NCBI GenBank assembly: GCA_963743635.1
Contig: CAVUQO010000002.1
Span: 320,001 to 384,000, forward strand
Direction of reading: 5' to 3'
DNA from: Candidatus Babeliales bacterium
GTDB taxonomy: Bacteria; Babelota; Babeliae; Babelales; Vermiphilaceae
Length of the DNA: 64,000 nucleotides
Shown: piece by piece, positions 29,670-41,022 of the stretch
How the letters are laid out: each line of letters starts with the position of its first letter
How positions within the stretch are numbered: the stretch's first letter is position 1
Translations under genes and position numbers: made by a program
The notes under the pieces: generated by a model
The model's database searches: none
Told to the model about the DNA's origin: nothing
Seen by the model: only the letters and a program-made list of their open reading frames with translations

Positions 29670-30140
29670 TTATATATTTGCAAAAAAGCAGCATCGGCGT
29701 TGATAGGCTTGTTCTACTCGTCGTCGTTCGAAAAGATTAGTAGTTGGAGCATGATTCTTTCTTCGTTCTTCAATGATAGCAGCTGTGAGGGGCACAATGC
29801 CTGGGCATACTGGGCCAAATAATAGGTGTTGGTTTTCTCCGGGCAGCTGTGAGTTTGGAGAGTGTTTGTTTTGTTTACTGCGTTCTTGTTCCATGAATAG
29901 ATAGTAGTAGACTATAGCCTCGTGATAATAAATTCTCTCATACGCTTGCTTGTTACATTGGCAAGGGCTCACGGGAGCAGGAAGAGTCTCGTCCGGTTTT
30001 ATTGTCGAGAACCACTCTTTATTCGCCACTCTTAAAAGATCAATATCATTAGTGGAGAGCCTTTCCATTGCACATAGCGTATGTGTGATAATCAGAGAGG
30101 AAATTAATAATAATAAAGATCGATTCATATAGGTGTTCAT
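29670..30140 (-). CDS. Secreted orphan (TLCA|ME), C-terminal RRCCFF
   Basis: Signal peptide. Confidence 0.7.
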   Translation of the reverse strand: MNTYMNRSLLLLISSLIITHTLCAMERLSTNDIDLLRVANKEWFSTIKPDETLPAPVSPCQCNKQAYERIYYHEAIVYYYLFMEQERSKQNKHSPNSQLPGENQHLLFGPVCPGIVPLTAAIIEERRKNHAPTTNLFERRRVEQAYQRRCCFFANI

Positions 30141-30169
30141 TGTTTTTTTTTACTTAAAAATTTGAATAA

Positions 30170-30632
30170 TCAATTCGAAGTTTTTATATTGCAGACTGGC
30201 GTTCCAATAAAAGTGGCTGATACCAACCCCGCTGATTCTTTATTATCGAGATTATCGAAACGAAGCGTGCCGGATAGCTCTATTTTCTCACCAGTTTCCC
30301 ACTCGAGAGTTGCTGTTACGTTTTGCACTTGCAGCATGGTGTAAAGCGATGTGTGGCGAGAGCACTCTTCTTCATCATCATCATCGAACGCCAGGATCAT
30401 CGCCTCTATTGCTTGGGCCAATGCAGTTGCTGCTTTTTCTTGCAATGCTAAGGCAGCATCATATTCAATGTGATAGTTCTCAAAATATGCGAGTGCCTTC
30501 TCCGATGCCATTTCTGAGGCTAGTTTCGCTTGTATCGCGGGCAGCTTTCAGCTCTTTGAGTCCTGCATTTGCCGGCAATGCAGCGCAGAGCATGATTATG
30601 GTGATGGAAGTACATAGATTGGAGGATTTCAT
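30170..30632 (-). CDS. Secreted orphan, apparently frameshifted near 30530
   Basis: MKSSNLCTSITIIMLCAALPANA signal from 30632 in a different frame from the MASEKAL ORF. Confidence 0.55.
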
Positions 30633-30639
30633 ATAATTC

Positions 30640-32030
30640 CTATGATTGCTTGATATAGTTTGCCAGTTGATTAATCCTTCCTGCGCCTAAAAGGAGCACG
30701 AGATCATCAGCGGCGATGTATTCATCCAAGCTTGCGCGTATTTGCGTGAATTCATATTCGTAGGGCACGTAGGTAACCGAGAATGTAGGATTACGTTCTT
30801 TGAGTGCCTCGGTGAACGCGATGCTCGTGATGCCGGGAATGACGTCTTCACTTGCGCCATAAATATCGGTGATGATCAGATGGTCGATCGGGCTGTTCAT
30901 GAAAATTTCGATGAACTGATCCCAGAGCGCCTTGGTCCTCGTGTACCGATGGGGTTGAAAAACAACGACGACGCGTCCTCGCGCACGATTTCGGGCTACC
31001 TTGAGTGTGACATCGATCTCGGTCGGATGATGGCCGTAATCGTCAAAAATTTCTGCGCCACGATAGGTGCCGTGGTACGAGAAGCGGCGATCGATGCCTT
31101 TAAAGCCGGCGAGCGCATGTTGGATAATTTCGAGAGGAATATCTAAATCTTGCGCAAGCGCGATGGCAGCGAGTGCATTGAGCACATTGTGTCGGCCTGG
31201 CAGATTAATTTTTATATCCCCAATTGGGTTATCTTGATGCATGAGAGTGAAGCGCGAATGGTCAGCAGCGAGGGTGATGTCGCGCGCCATGACGTCAGCG
31301 GGATTATCGATGCCATATTTAATAATTTTTAAGTGAGAGAGCGGCAATAGCGAGCGAATATGCTGCATCATCGATGCATAAAATTGCTTTGCCATAGAAA
31401 GGAAGATTGTTCAAAAATTGTAAAAACGTTTGTTTGATATCGTCAATATCTTTGAACACATCAAGATGCTCAAGATCGATATTAGTCACGAATTGCCAGC
31501 GTTGCGTGCAAATGAAGGAGCGAGCGATCGCTTTCATCTGCTTCCGCAACGAGGAATTCTCCATCTCCGAACCGAGCATTCGTGGAGATATTTTTCAAAT
31601 GGCCGCCAATGATAACGGTAGGGTTTAAGCCTGCTTCGATAAGAATATGTGAAACGAGCGAAGTGGTAGTTGTTTTTCCATGTGCGCCCGCAATAGCAAT
31701 GCTATATTTTGTTCGCATCAATTCAGCAAGCATCAAGGCTCGCGAAATCGTGGGGATGCCTCGGCGTTGCGCGGCAAGAATTTCTTCATTGTGTGCGCGG
31801 ATTGCAGAAGAATAAACCAAGATTTCAATTGAAGGATCATTGCATCCGGGAGTGTTGTTTCCCTCGTGAAGCGTGCAGCCCAACTCTTTTAACAGTTGCG
31901 CGCTTTTCTGGGTGACATCAAGATCGCACCCGGAAATCGTATAGCCTTGTTGACGGAGTATAGTTGCGATACCACTCATACCAATGCCGCCGATACCAAC
32001 AAAATGAATATGTGCTTTTTTGCGATACAT
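30640..32030 (-). CDS. murC: UDP-N-acetylmuramate--L-alanine ligase (frameshifts near 31490 and 31350, likely errors)
   Basis: [49 protein letters not shown]. Confidence 0.93.
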
Positions 32031-32078
32031 GGAATATATCTCTCGATAGCAGGGATAGTTAGAGTAGTTTTTGCAGTT

Positions 32079-32414
32079 TTACCAGACGTGCACGAATATC
32101 AAGGAGTTGTTTTTTAACGTCACTTGGTAATGGTCCGTGCTCGTGATGGTAGTTCGTTTTGACGCAATAATATCTTTTTTAGATGTTGCGCCGAGTTTTT
32201 GTTTTGCACCTGCAATGGTGAAACCTTGTTTGTAGAGTAATTCTTTGATGTATTCGAAGGTTGCAAGATCTTTACCTTCATAGAACCGTTGTCCGCCCTT
32301 TGAGCGCGTTCCTCTGAGGTTAAATTCTTTTTCCCAAAAACGAATAACAAATCGTTCTACATTGAGTTGTTTGGCTAGGTCGCCAATACGGAATTGCTTT
32401 CGCTGCATTTTCAT
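32079..32414 (-). CDS. MerR-family HTH transcriptional regulator
   Basis: FRIGDLAKQL..IRFWEKEF...GQRFY...GFTIAGAK. Confidence 0.88.
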   Translation of the reverse strand: MKMQRKQFRIGDLAKQLNVERFVIRFWEKEFNLRGTRSKGGQRFYEGKDLATFEYIKELLYKQGFTIAGAKQKLGATSKKDIIASKRTTITSTDHYQVTLKNNSLIFVHVW

Positions 32415-32600
32415 AATAAGTCCTTTTTAGTTTAAACTTGAACCAGTATAGCACTGTTTTTGTACTGGCGTAATGTAATTTTCCTTGATATCATAAGGAT
32501 TGTTACAGATTTATTCAACCTGGTGGTTTCTAACAGTAATAAATATCAATGCTATTTCGCAATAGTCGAATTAAATATTAAGGTAATTTAAGGTATCATT

Positions 32601-34138
32601 ATGAACACAAAAGATCTATTAGTTGTGATGGTTTTAGCGTTGGTGACAACATGGTCCGTTGATTATTTTTTTTATGGCAGGAAGCCATTTCAACGCACAA
32701 GCGAGTCTGGTCAGTCGGGTCAGCAGTTCCATGTGCCGGAACAAAAACGTGAATTATCCCCCCTCAATCGTGAAATAGATTTTATCTGTACTGAGCGCTC
32801 TCAGCCAGCAGAATGTTATACTGTGGAAACGGAATATGCCTCATACGTATTCTCAACCGATGGCGGATCAATCGATTGCGTGACTTTCAAAGAAGTTCGC
32901 GATGGCGCTACGATTGAATTAAATACCATACATTCCGAAGATGATACCAATCGAACACAACGTTGCTTCTTGCTTGCGCTCAACGAAAAGACTCCATACT
33001 TCTACACTTTGCATGAACATCGAGACCTCGATGATCAGGTGATCGTATCCTACAAGGCAGAAACGCCTGAGGTGTCAGTGCTTAAAACATTTACCATTTC
33101 GAAACTTACCTATCGCATTGATGTTGCCATTGCGCTGACTCCTAAAAAAGGTGAGATTAAACCGCGTCTCGTATTTCCATCGCCATTTATGCGCGCAATT
33201 CAGGAGCATGATAAGCTCTCTGCGGTTATGAGCAACCAACAAGGGGGTGTGGATATAGAAAAAACATTGAAGAATTTGGATGAAACTGGTTGGTTTGAGC
33301 CAACGCTCTTTGGTACTGCAAACAAATATTTCGTGCATGCAATGGTCAAGGATGAAGGTAATTTCGCCCATCGCGCTTACTACAGTCAGCTTGGCAACGA
33401 ACAGTTGTTGACCTTCCTTGAAGGCCCAACGATTAGTGAACCAACAACGTGGAACCTCTCATTCTACCTCGGGCCTAAGACTGAAGAAGCAATGAGTCCG
33501 GTCGATCCACGCCTTGAAAAAACACTCGATTATGCCGGATTATTGACGCCGATTTCTCAAGCGTTATTAAAATTGATGAAGCTCTTGCATTATTATTTAC
33601 ACAATTATGGTTTGGTGATTATTGCCATTACGGCACTCCTCAAGCTCATCTTATTGCCATTCACGATTGGCGGCGATAAAAAGGCGAAAGAACATGCAGA
33701 GTTCCAACGCAAGATGGCCTACATTCAAAAGAAATATAAAGACGATCAAGAAAGGCTCAAAGAAGAGCAAGCTGCATTGATTAAAAAGTATGGTCTTCCA
33801 GGTTTGCAGCGGATGTTTGCCGATGTTCATTCAGTTGCCGATATTCTTTGCATTAAATCCGATTTTGGGCAGTTCATTGCATCTCTATAAAGCGCCATTT
33901 TTATGGATTCCTGATTTATCAGCACGTGATCCATATTTCATATTGCCGGTGCTTATCGTGCTTTGCATGGTGATCCAGGCGTTGACGATGGATAAACAAG
34001 GCCGTTTGCCAGCATTGGCAATTGCATTAGTAATTGCAGCAGTTTCGATTAACTTTTCAGCAGGACTTTCGCTTGTATATTTTCACCAGCGCTTTATTGG
34101 GATTATTGCAATCGATGATACAAAAGAGGTTGGCGTAA
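32601..34138 (+). CDS. yidC: Membrane protein insertase YidC (frameshifted near 33810 and 34080)
   Basis: [37 protein letters not shown]. Confidence 0.9.
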
Positions 34139-34141
34139 TCT

Positions 34142-34745
34142 ATGGTACACAATGTCCCGTCCCTTGCGCAGCTGATTAAAACGTTGCAGCAGGTGCCGTA
34201 TTTAGCATCGAAAAATATCTATAAAGTTGCGAATCACTTTCTTCATATGGATGAAAAAAAGATCGAGCAATTTTGTGCGGTATTGCGCGATGCAAAGGCC
34301 AAGATCACGCAGTGCGATGTATGCGCCGCATGGCAAGAAAAGGGACATCCGTGTACGCTCTGTACCTCTCCAAAACGTGATCAATCTATTGTGTGCGTCG
34401 TTGAAACATGGCAGGAGTTTCTCGCCATTGAAAAGACGGGCGGTTACACCGGTGCCTATCACATTTTGGGCGGTGCAATTTCTCCGCTTAGAGGGCGTTG
34501 GTCCCGAAGATTTAACCATTGAACGTTTAGTGCGTCGGGTGCAAGAGGGAACCGTCAAAGAAGTTATTCTTGCAACCAATAACACGCCAGAAGGTGAAGC
34601 AACGGCTTCATTTATTGCCAGTAAAATCAAAAACATGCAGGTGCCGATCACGTGTTTAGCGCGCGGAGTTCCCGTTGGCTCATCATTGGAATATATGGAT
34701 CGAGTTACGGTGTATAAAGCGCTTTCAGATCGTCGCCCATTTTAG
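34142..34745 (+). CDS. recR: Recombination mediator RecR (frameshift near 34495)
   Basis: C4 Zn finger, [34 protein letters not shown]. Confidence 0.92.
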
Positions 34746-34751
34746 CTAAGG

Positions 34752-36065
34752 ATGCAGAGCATGAATCCCGAATTATATCGTAGTCGTAGAAATGAATTAC
34801 TTGAAAAGATACGCGAAGCGCATCCTGATAAAAAAGACGGCGCACTCGTCCTTTTTGCAGGATTTGAGCATGACGGCAGTGCGTTTCGCCAAGAAGGTTC
34901 ATTCTTTTATCTGACTGGCATTCGTGAACCGGGTGTAGCCTTATACGTAGACCTTGATGGAACTTCAACGTTATACATTCCCAACTGCGGCGAAACGCGC
35001 GCAAAATGGGTTATGGAAACTATTCCATTAACGCAAGAAAATGCTGATGAGTTGGGCGTTGATTATGTAAAGCCGCTTGGCGCACAATGCGTGAGTTATT
35101 CATTTCATCCATTTTTCCCTCAAGCAGAATATGAACATTTGCTCGCAGCACTTTCAGGAGTGCATGGCCGCGGCGGTTCGATCTTTACGCTGGCACCAAA
35201 CGATCAACGCAGTTGCGTTGAACAGCGCTTACTGCTCAAACGTTTAGAAGAATTTGTGCCAGGCATCCTTCAACCCGATCGTGGTGAGCAGAGTCGAACC
35301 ATCGTTGATGTATTGCCAATCATTGCGCATATGCGCCGCATCAAGAGCCAAGAAGAGATCGAATATCTCTATAAAGCAATTGAGATTACGGCACTCGCGC
35401 AGGAAGCTGCAGCTCATGCAATTGCAGATGGCGTGCGTGAATGTGAAGTGCAGGCAGGGCTTGAATACATTATTACCGGCTCAGCTTCGCGCACTACATT
35501 CCCTTCAATCGTGGCCACTGGTAAGAACGCAACGGTATTGCACTATAACATCAATCGCGACACGCTTATCGATGGTGATTTAGTGGTTGTCGATTGCGGT
35601 GCAGAATATGATTATTACTGCGCTGATATTACGCGAACCTATCCGGTTTCGGGTAAATTCACGGCGCGGCAAAAAGAGCTCTATACGATTGTGTTAGAGA
35701 CGCAGGAATATATCGCTTCCATTGCAAAGCCAGGCATGTGGCTCAACAATAAAGAAAAGCCGGATCAATCGCTCAATCATTTGACGAAGAAATTCTTGAA
35801 AGATAAAGGCGGCTACGATGAATATATGCCGCATGGCATCGGCCATTTCTTGGGCATCGATGTACATGATGTCGGTGATGTTTCAAAGCCGCTCGAAGAA
35901 GGTGACGTGATCACCATCGAACCGGGCGTTTATATCCCACAAGAAGGAATCGGCATTCGTATCGAAGATGATTATTGGATTGTTAAAGACGGCGCGGTCT
36001 GCTTGAGCGAAGATATCCCGAAAAGTATCAAAGAGATTGAAGCGCTCGTTAAAAAGACGCTATAA
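34752..36065 (+). CDS. pepP: Xaa-Pro aminopeptidase (M24B)
   Basis: LHY, DCGAE..YCADITRT, HGIGHFLGIDVHD, TIEPG, GIRIEDD. Confidence 0.92.
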   Translation: MQSMNPELYRSRRNELLEKIREAHPDKKDGALVLFAGFEHDGSAFRQEGSFFYLTGIREPGVALYVDLDGTSTLYIPNCGETRAKWVMETIPLTQENADELGVDYVKPLGAQCVSYSFHPFFPQAEYEHLLAALSGVHGRGGSIFTLAPNDQRSCVEQRLLLKRLEEFVPGILQPDRGEQSRTIVDVLPIIAHMRRIKSQEEIEYLYKAIEITALAQEAAAHAIADGVRECEVQAGLEYIITGSASRTTFPSIVATGKNATVLHYNINRDTLIDGDLVVVDCGAEYDYYCADITRTYPVSGKFTARQKELYTIVLETQEYIASIAKPGMWLNNKEKPDQSLNHLTKKFLKDKGGYDEYMPHGIGHFLGIDVHDVGDVSKPLEEGDVITIEPGVYIPQEGIGIRIEDDYWIVKDGAVCLSEDIPKSIKEIEALVKKTL

Positions 36066-36085
36066 ATAATAACGTTAATGTAAAA

Positions 36086-36119
36086 TAAAGAAGGCTCCCG
36101 ATGAAGGAGCCTTCTTTAT
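36086..36119. terminator. Bidirectional terminator
   Basis: aaagaaggctc...gagccttcttt between convergent genes. Confidence 0.8.
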
Positions 36120-36136
36120 TTGAGTGCGAACTTGAA

Positions 36137-36442
36137 TTATATATTGAGTGCATCAATGGCAGATTCAGCAGCATTTATAGCCATGCCGAGTGGAATGGTT
36201 ATTACAGTGGCAGCAATGAGGAGATGTGTGGCTGATAGTCCTCCTCTGTCGAGGCTTAGAGGATGTGTTGTGCGTGGCGCGACACATCCTTCATACATTA
36301 TGACGGCTGCTGCGCCTGCAGCATTGATAGATATGAAGGCGCCGGCCTTTGCTAGTGTGCATAACATACTCTCGTCACGACCGGCATGCGCCATAGGAAT
36401 GTTCAAGCAGAGTGCGAGTGCGGTGATTTGTAATAATTTCAT
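36137..36442 (-). CDS. Small secreted/membrane orphan, shared signal MKLLQITALALCLN
   Basis: Member of tandem triplet; two hydrophobic segments. Confidence 0.72.
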   Translation of the reverse strand: MKLLQITALALCLNIPMAHAGRDESMLCTLAKAGAFISINAAGAAAVIMYEGCVAPRTTHPLSLDRGGLSATHLLIAATVITIPLGMAINAAESAIDALNI

Positions 36443-36472
36443 AGGTTTCCTTTTGATTTTTTTTAAAGAGGT

Positions 36473-36838
36473 TTAGTTACATTTATTGTTATAGGCTATA
36501 GATTCGCAAGTCGTCATATAAATCCAGAAACCCGTTGCAAAGGCTGCGCCAACTGCGGCACATACAAAACCTTTTCGTATGTCATGCAAGGTATTGTTCT
36601 CTGGGGTTTGAGTTGTGTGTGTTGGAAGAAGAGGAGTATTTTCACGTGATGTGTTAAGAGCGGAGTTAATGCAATACATTCCATAGAGCCCCAATACAGA
36701 GGCGGCGCCGATCATTATGCTAAATGCTTCGAGTGAGTCCTCTCTTCCAAATCGCGAATAGCATCCTTGCTCGTCATTTGCAAGTGCCATGGGAGTATTT
36801 AAGCAGAGTGCAAGTGCGGTGATTTGTAATAATTTCAT
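36473..36838 (-). CDS. Small secreted/membrane orphan, shared signal MKLLQITALALCLN
   Basis: Member of tandem triplet. Confidence 0.72.
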   Translation of the reverse strand: MKLLQITALALCLNTPMALANDEQGCYSRFGREDSLEAFSIMIGAASVLGLYGMYCINSALNTSRENTPLLPTHTTQTPENNTLHDIRKGFVCAAVGAAFATGFWIYMTTCESIAYNNKCN

Positions 36839-36850
36839 GTATTAAACCTC

Positions 36851-37189
36851 TCAGTCCCATTCTTCACGCATGATATATTTGTACATGATAGAACTAATGC
36901 CAAGTAATCCGCCAGCCGTAAGATTTGCCGCTGCCTGGACACAGGCAACATCCTTTTGATATTGAATGTTGTATCGTTGTTCTGGAGTGAGATCTGTTTT
37001 TTTTAATTGGTTGTTATAGTGCCGAATATTCCATGCCTCCACGATGCCTGTAGCGACGAGATGGCTGGAGGCTATCGCGCCAACCCAATAAGTAGCCCTA
37101 ACATTAAGGGGTGAAATTTTGCCGTCATTGGCATGAGCTACGGGAATATTCAAGCAAAGTATGAGTGCGGTGATATGTAACAATTTCAT
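36851..37189 (-). CDS. Small secreted/membrane orphan, shared signal MKLLHITALILCLN
   Basis: Member of tandem triplet. Confidence 0.72.
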   Translation of the reverse strand: MKLLHITALILCLNIPVAHANDGKISPLNVRATYWVGAIASSHLVATGIVEAWNIRHYNNQLKKTDLTPEQRYNIQYQKDVACVQAAANLTAGGLLGISSIMYKYIMREEWD

Positions 37190-37202
37190 GATCGTTTTTT
37201 CG

Positions 37203-38801
37203 TTATGCTTTGGGTTTGTGGAGTATATGTATGCCGGTGAGCATGAGCAAGCAAAGGGTTAATCCGATGCTCATGGAGATGAGCGCGTTGGTGCTGGTGC
37301 TATAACCGGTTAACTGTCCTGAGATTAAAAATGCAATGCCGGTGCATATAATCGTTGGCAGTGCATAAAAAATTTGCGTATATGCATGATCCAAGGGATA
37401 TGATGTGGTGCTCGTTGCCGCCATGATAGTGGTTTCAGAAATAGGTGATACGTGATCACCGCAGACTGCACCAGAAAATATGGCACCAATAACCGGAAAC
37501 AAGAGCGGAATATCAGATGGTTCAAGTGGGAGCGGGAGTGATGTGGTAGCTACGAGCATTGGAATCGCGATAGGAAGCAATAATGCGATCGTGCCCCAGG
37601 AAGTCCCGGTCATGACTGCAGTGATAACCGCCACTACGAAGAATGCAAACGGAAGCATCATAATGCTCATGCTATGCAGTAACGTTGCTGCTAAATAGTC
37701 ACCGGTATGCAAATCATCTTTGAGCAATGCGCCGAGTACCGATGCAAGGGTGATCATGATGATTGCCTGAATCATAAGCTCAAAACCTTCGTATACCAAC
37801 GTTGGTATGGCCGTGATAGCAATGCGTTTGCGTATGAGTGCGCTGATAAAGCTCACTATTAAACTTCCGAGCCCTGCAAAGAATAACACCGCAAAGGTAT
37901 TATCATTGTGTTGGAGTGCTTCCAGAACTGAGTTGGGCCCGCCAAAAATGAAGCAATCGCCTTTATATAAAATGCCTAAAATAACGCTTGCGATGAGCAG
38001 CGTGAGCGGAAAAATAAGATCAAAGAGCGAGCTGTGCATATGATGCTGAGTTGGGAGCGTGGCGATAGGTGAGGGTTTGCCGCCTAAAAGATTGCCCGTT
38101 TGCGCAGCGATGAGTTCATGTTTTTGCATGGGTCCATAAGAAATCTGGTAATGAATAATGAACCATATCGATGCGATTAAGATGATTGAATAAAAAATAA
38201 ACGGTATCGAGTTCAAGTAAATAAAGAATGGATTGGCGTAAATTTTAAGGCTAGCGCCTGCTTCCTGACCTACGCCTGCATAGTGCAGGTTGCTCGTAAT
38301 CATGGCAACCCAGCTTGAGATGGGCACTAAAATTACAAGAGGTCCTGAAAGAGAATGCACCAAAAAAGCAAGTTTTGAGCGGGGAATGCCTACATGATCA
38401 GTGAGGGGACGCATGACGGTGCCCACGGTCAGATTACTTAAATAATCGTCGATAAAAAGAACCATGGAGAGAAAAAAGGAATAACGCTCAGCGGAAGACT
38501 TTCTTTTGAGTCGGGGCGCAATCGTTTTGGCGAGTGCTTGAACGCCGCCGGTGTAGGCAATGAGCGTAATAAGGCTGCCGATAATGATCAGAAAGCCAAA
38601 GGAATAGAAGGTATCAATGTCGGCTACTTTTTCAAAAAAACGTTTGGCGAGCAGGGTAATCGATCCAACAAGAGAAGCATCAGCGGCTATAAATGCGGCT
38701 GAAACGAGCCCGACAATCAGGGAAGGGTTCAATTTGCGGGTAATGCAGGCGGTAATGAGGACGAGCAAGGGAGGGATTACCGACACGAAACAATTCTGCA
38801 T
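37203..38801 (-). CDS. NhaC-family Na+/H+ antiporter-like transporter
   Basis: FIDDY, PISSW, TGTSWGT, GAVCGDHVSPISETT; multiple TM helices. Confidence 0.88.
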   Translation of the reverse strand: MQNCFVSVIPPLLVLITACITRKLNPSLIVGLVSAAFIAADASLVGSITLLAKRFFEKVADIDTFYSFGFLIIIGSLITLIAYTGGVQALAKTIAPRLKRKSSAERYSFFLSMVLFIDDYLSNLTVGTVMRPLTDHVGIPRSKLAFLVHSLSGPLVILVPISSWVAMITSNLHYAGVGQEAGASLKIYANPFFIYLNSIPFIFYSIILIASIWFIIHYQISYGPMQKHELIAAQTGNLLGGKPSPIATLPTQHHMHSSLFDLIFPLTLLIASVILGILYKGDCFIFGGPNSVLEALQHNDNTFAVLFFAGLGSLIVSFISALIRKRIAITAIPTLVYEGFELMIQAIIMITLASVLGALLKDDLHTGDYLAATLLHSMSIMMLPFAFFVVAVITAVMTGTSWGTIALLLPIAIPMLVATTSLPLPLEPSDIPLLFPVIGAIFSGAVCGDHVSPISETTIMAATSTTSYPLDHAYTQIFYALPTIICTGIAFLISGQLTGYSTSTNALISMSIGLTLCLLMLTGIHILHKPKA

Positions 38802-39050
38802 ACAATCCTTTGAAAATAATTAAGGAGAATAATAGAGACGATACTGGCAAATAGAGTATCATGAAAAAGGTTTTATCAGAAGGTTTTGTTTGACCAAATG
38901 GTTCTTTTACTTTACAGTTATAGAGATTCCGTTCTTCTCGTTCTTCCAAGGCCTCTATCCCGTTCGTCTTGAGGCGGAGCGTAGCGAAGATCGAAGGATA
39001 AAAAAAATTAGTCTTGATACAGAACACAAAAGAACAAAAGGTTCCTTATT

Positions 39051-39476
39051 ATGGATATGAATAAAGCTTTTTTCCTGAAAAATGAAGCACGCAAGCCGCG
39101 TTGGAAGCTAATTGACGCTAAGGGTAAAACCGTTGGTCGTTTGGCAACTCTTATCGCAGATACATTGCGCGGAAAAGACAAGGCTGAGTACACCCCGCAT
39201 ACAGACACTGGTGACTACGTAGTAGTTATCAATGTTGAGCACGTTGTGTTCACTGGTGATAAGTGGAATGACAAGATTTATGACCGCTACACAGGTTGGA
39301 TGGGTGGCTACAAAGTGGTTTCGGCTAAAGATATGCGCAAAAATCATCCAGAGCGCATTCTAGAGCAAGCAGTCAAAGGTATGTTGCCTAAGAACAAGCT
39401 TAATCGCCAAATCATCAAAAAGCTTAAACTTTATGCAGGTGCTGAGCACCCTCATAAAGCGCAAGTAACTTTATAG
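39051..39476 (+). CDS. rplM: 50S ribosomal protein L13
   Basis: GRLAT.IA..LRGK, YTPHTDTGDYVVVIN, GMLPKN. Confidence 0.96.
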   Translation: MDMNKAFFLKNEARKPRWKLIDAKGKTVGRLATLIADTLRGKDKAEYTPHTDTGDYVVVINVEHVVFTGDKWNDKIYDRYTGWMGGYKVVSAKDMRKNHPERILEQAVKGMLPKNKLNRQIIKKLKLYAGAEHPHKAQVTL

Positions 39477-39501
39477 TTCTGAGCGTTGCTTAAAAAATAC
39501 G

Positions 39502-39537
39502 AAAACCGGCAGGATTAATTTCCTGCCGGTTTTTTTT
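39502..39537 (+). terminator. Terminator after rplM
   Basis: aaaaccggcagga-ttaatt-tcctgccggtttttttt. Confidence 0.88.
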
Positions 39538-39591
39538 GATACTTTTTTTAACGGAAATTTGATCTAGTGCCGCAAGGGTAAAATCAAACTC

Positions 39592-40710
39592 TTACAGCGT
39601 AATGCCTATCATTCTGCAAATGTCATTGTAGGTTAAATACAGGGTAAGCGCGAGAATGCAAAGCCAGCTGGCGATGTGGATATACTCTTTTACTTGGTAA
39701 GGGAGTGGACGTCCTACAACCGCTTCGATGGTGTAAAATAGTATTTGGCCACCATCCAAAATAGGGAGCGGAATCAGGTTCAATACAGCCAAGTTAATGC
39801 TAATTACGGCAAGAAGGAAAATGAACGTTCCAAAGCCTTTGGTAGCACTGGTAGCCGTTTGTTGAATCATGCCAATCGGACCGCCCATGCCGGTGGTATC
39901 GAAAGTCTTGAAAATGCGCACGAATTGGTAGGCGGTATTTTTGATGTATGCATTGGCCATGCGGATACCTTGAGCGATAGACGCGCCCAGTGAGGCGCCA
40001 GGGACTGCTGCAATGTTAAATACTACTCCTAGAAAGGAAGTTGAGCCAAAATGGACGTTCACGGTATATTGTTCATTATTGCGCAGATAAGTTATCTGAT
40101 TTTCTATTTTTGGCGCATTAGTATCGGCTGCAGCTTCCTGAGCTTTGGCAGCGGCCGCTCGCATTGCTTGCACAAGCGTGAAAACATCACCATTGATTGC
40201 TTGGCCGTCAAAGGCGGTAATGGTATCTCCAGCCTGTAATCCTGCTTGAGAAGCCAACGATCCATCCTCGATATGGCTAATGGTAGGCGTTGCATTGAAG
40301 GGGTAGAGCATTTTAGAGTCAGGTAACCCGAGGCCACAGAGTGCAATGAGGGCGGTATAGGCAAAGATCAGGTTAAACATGATGCCGCCAAACATGACGA
40401 GCATTTTTTGATAGTAGGGCTTGCGGGCGAACGATCGATCATCGGCGCTTTGGGCATATTCTTGGTCGCCTTGGCCAACTTCAGCTGCTCCTGCAATTTC
40501 CACGTAGCCGCCAAGGGGGATCGCAGAAAGAGAGAATTCGGTGTCTCCAATGCGTTTGCTAATGAGCTTGGGGCCGAACCCTATCGAAAATGAGGGAGTA
40601 TGGATATTAAACAGCTTGCAAAAGAGAAAATGACCCAGTTCGTGAAAGCCTATTAGAAAGCCGACGCCAATAAGAGCGGGTAATATGAATAAAATATTGG
40701 TAAAATTCAT
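39592..40710 (-). CDS. rseP: RIP metalloprotease RseP (M50, PDZ)
   Basis: HELGH, FSIGFGP, PLGGYV, PDZ AGLQAGD, NLIPLPILDGG. Confidence 0.92.
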   Translation of the reverse strand: MNFTNILFILPALIGVGFLIGFHELGHFLFCKLFNIHTPSFSIGFGPKLISKRIGDTEFSLSAIPLGGYVEIAGAAEVGQGDQEYAQSADDRSFARKPYYQKMLVMFGGIMFNLIFAYTALIALCGLGLPDSKMLYPFNATPTISHIEDGSLASQAGLQAGDTITAFDGQAINGDVFTLVQAMRAAAAKAQEAAADTNAPKIENQITYLRNNEQYTVNVHFGSTSFLGVVFNIAAVPGASLGASIAQGIRMANAYIKNTAYQFVRIFKTFDTTGMGGPIGMIQQTATSATKGFGTFIFLLAVISINLAVLNLIPLPILDGGQILFYTIEAVVGRPLPYQVKEYIHIASWLCILALTLYLTYNDICRMIGITL

Positions 40711-41022
40711 AGATAATCCTTATACTAAGATACGAATAGAGAAATAAACTTTCATAAAGTTACCATCAAAGGTGTTATTCGTCTATAAAGTATCGCAAGA
40801 ACTAAAATTGCTTATTTGTATAAAGAACCCTCTGAGAGCGCGAGGGATAGCAGTTTCTTCTTTACCTGGATGACACTTGTATAATTTTCTTGAAAAAAAT
40901 TACAAAAAAGGTACACTACTAAGGACCTTCATGTCCCATTTTTTGTGCCAATAGCGCCTCAAAATGCGGTTTTTGAACTAAAGATATTACACGTTTTTCT
41001 AAAAATATAGGAACGGTTTACT

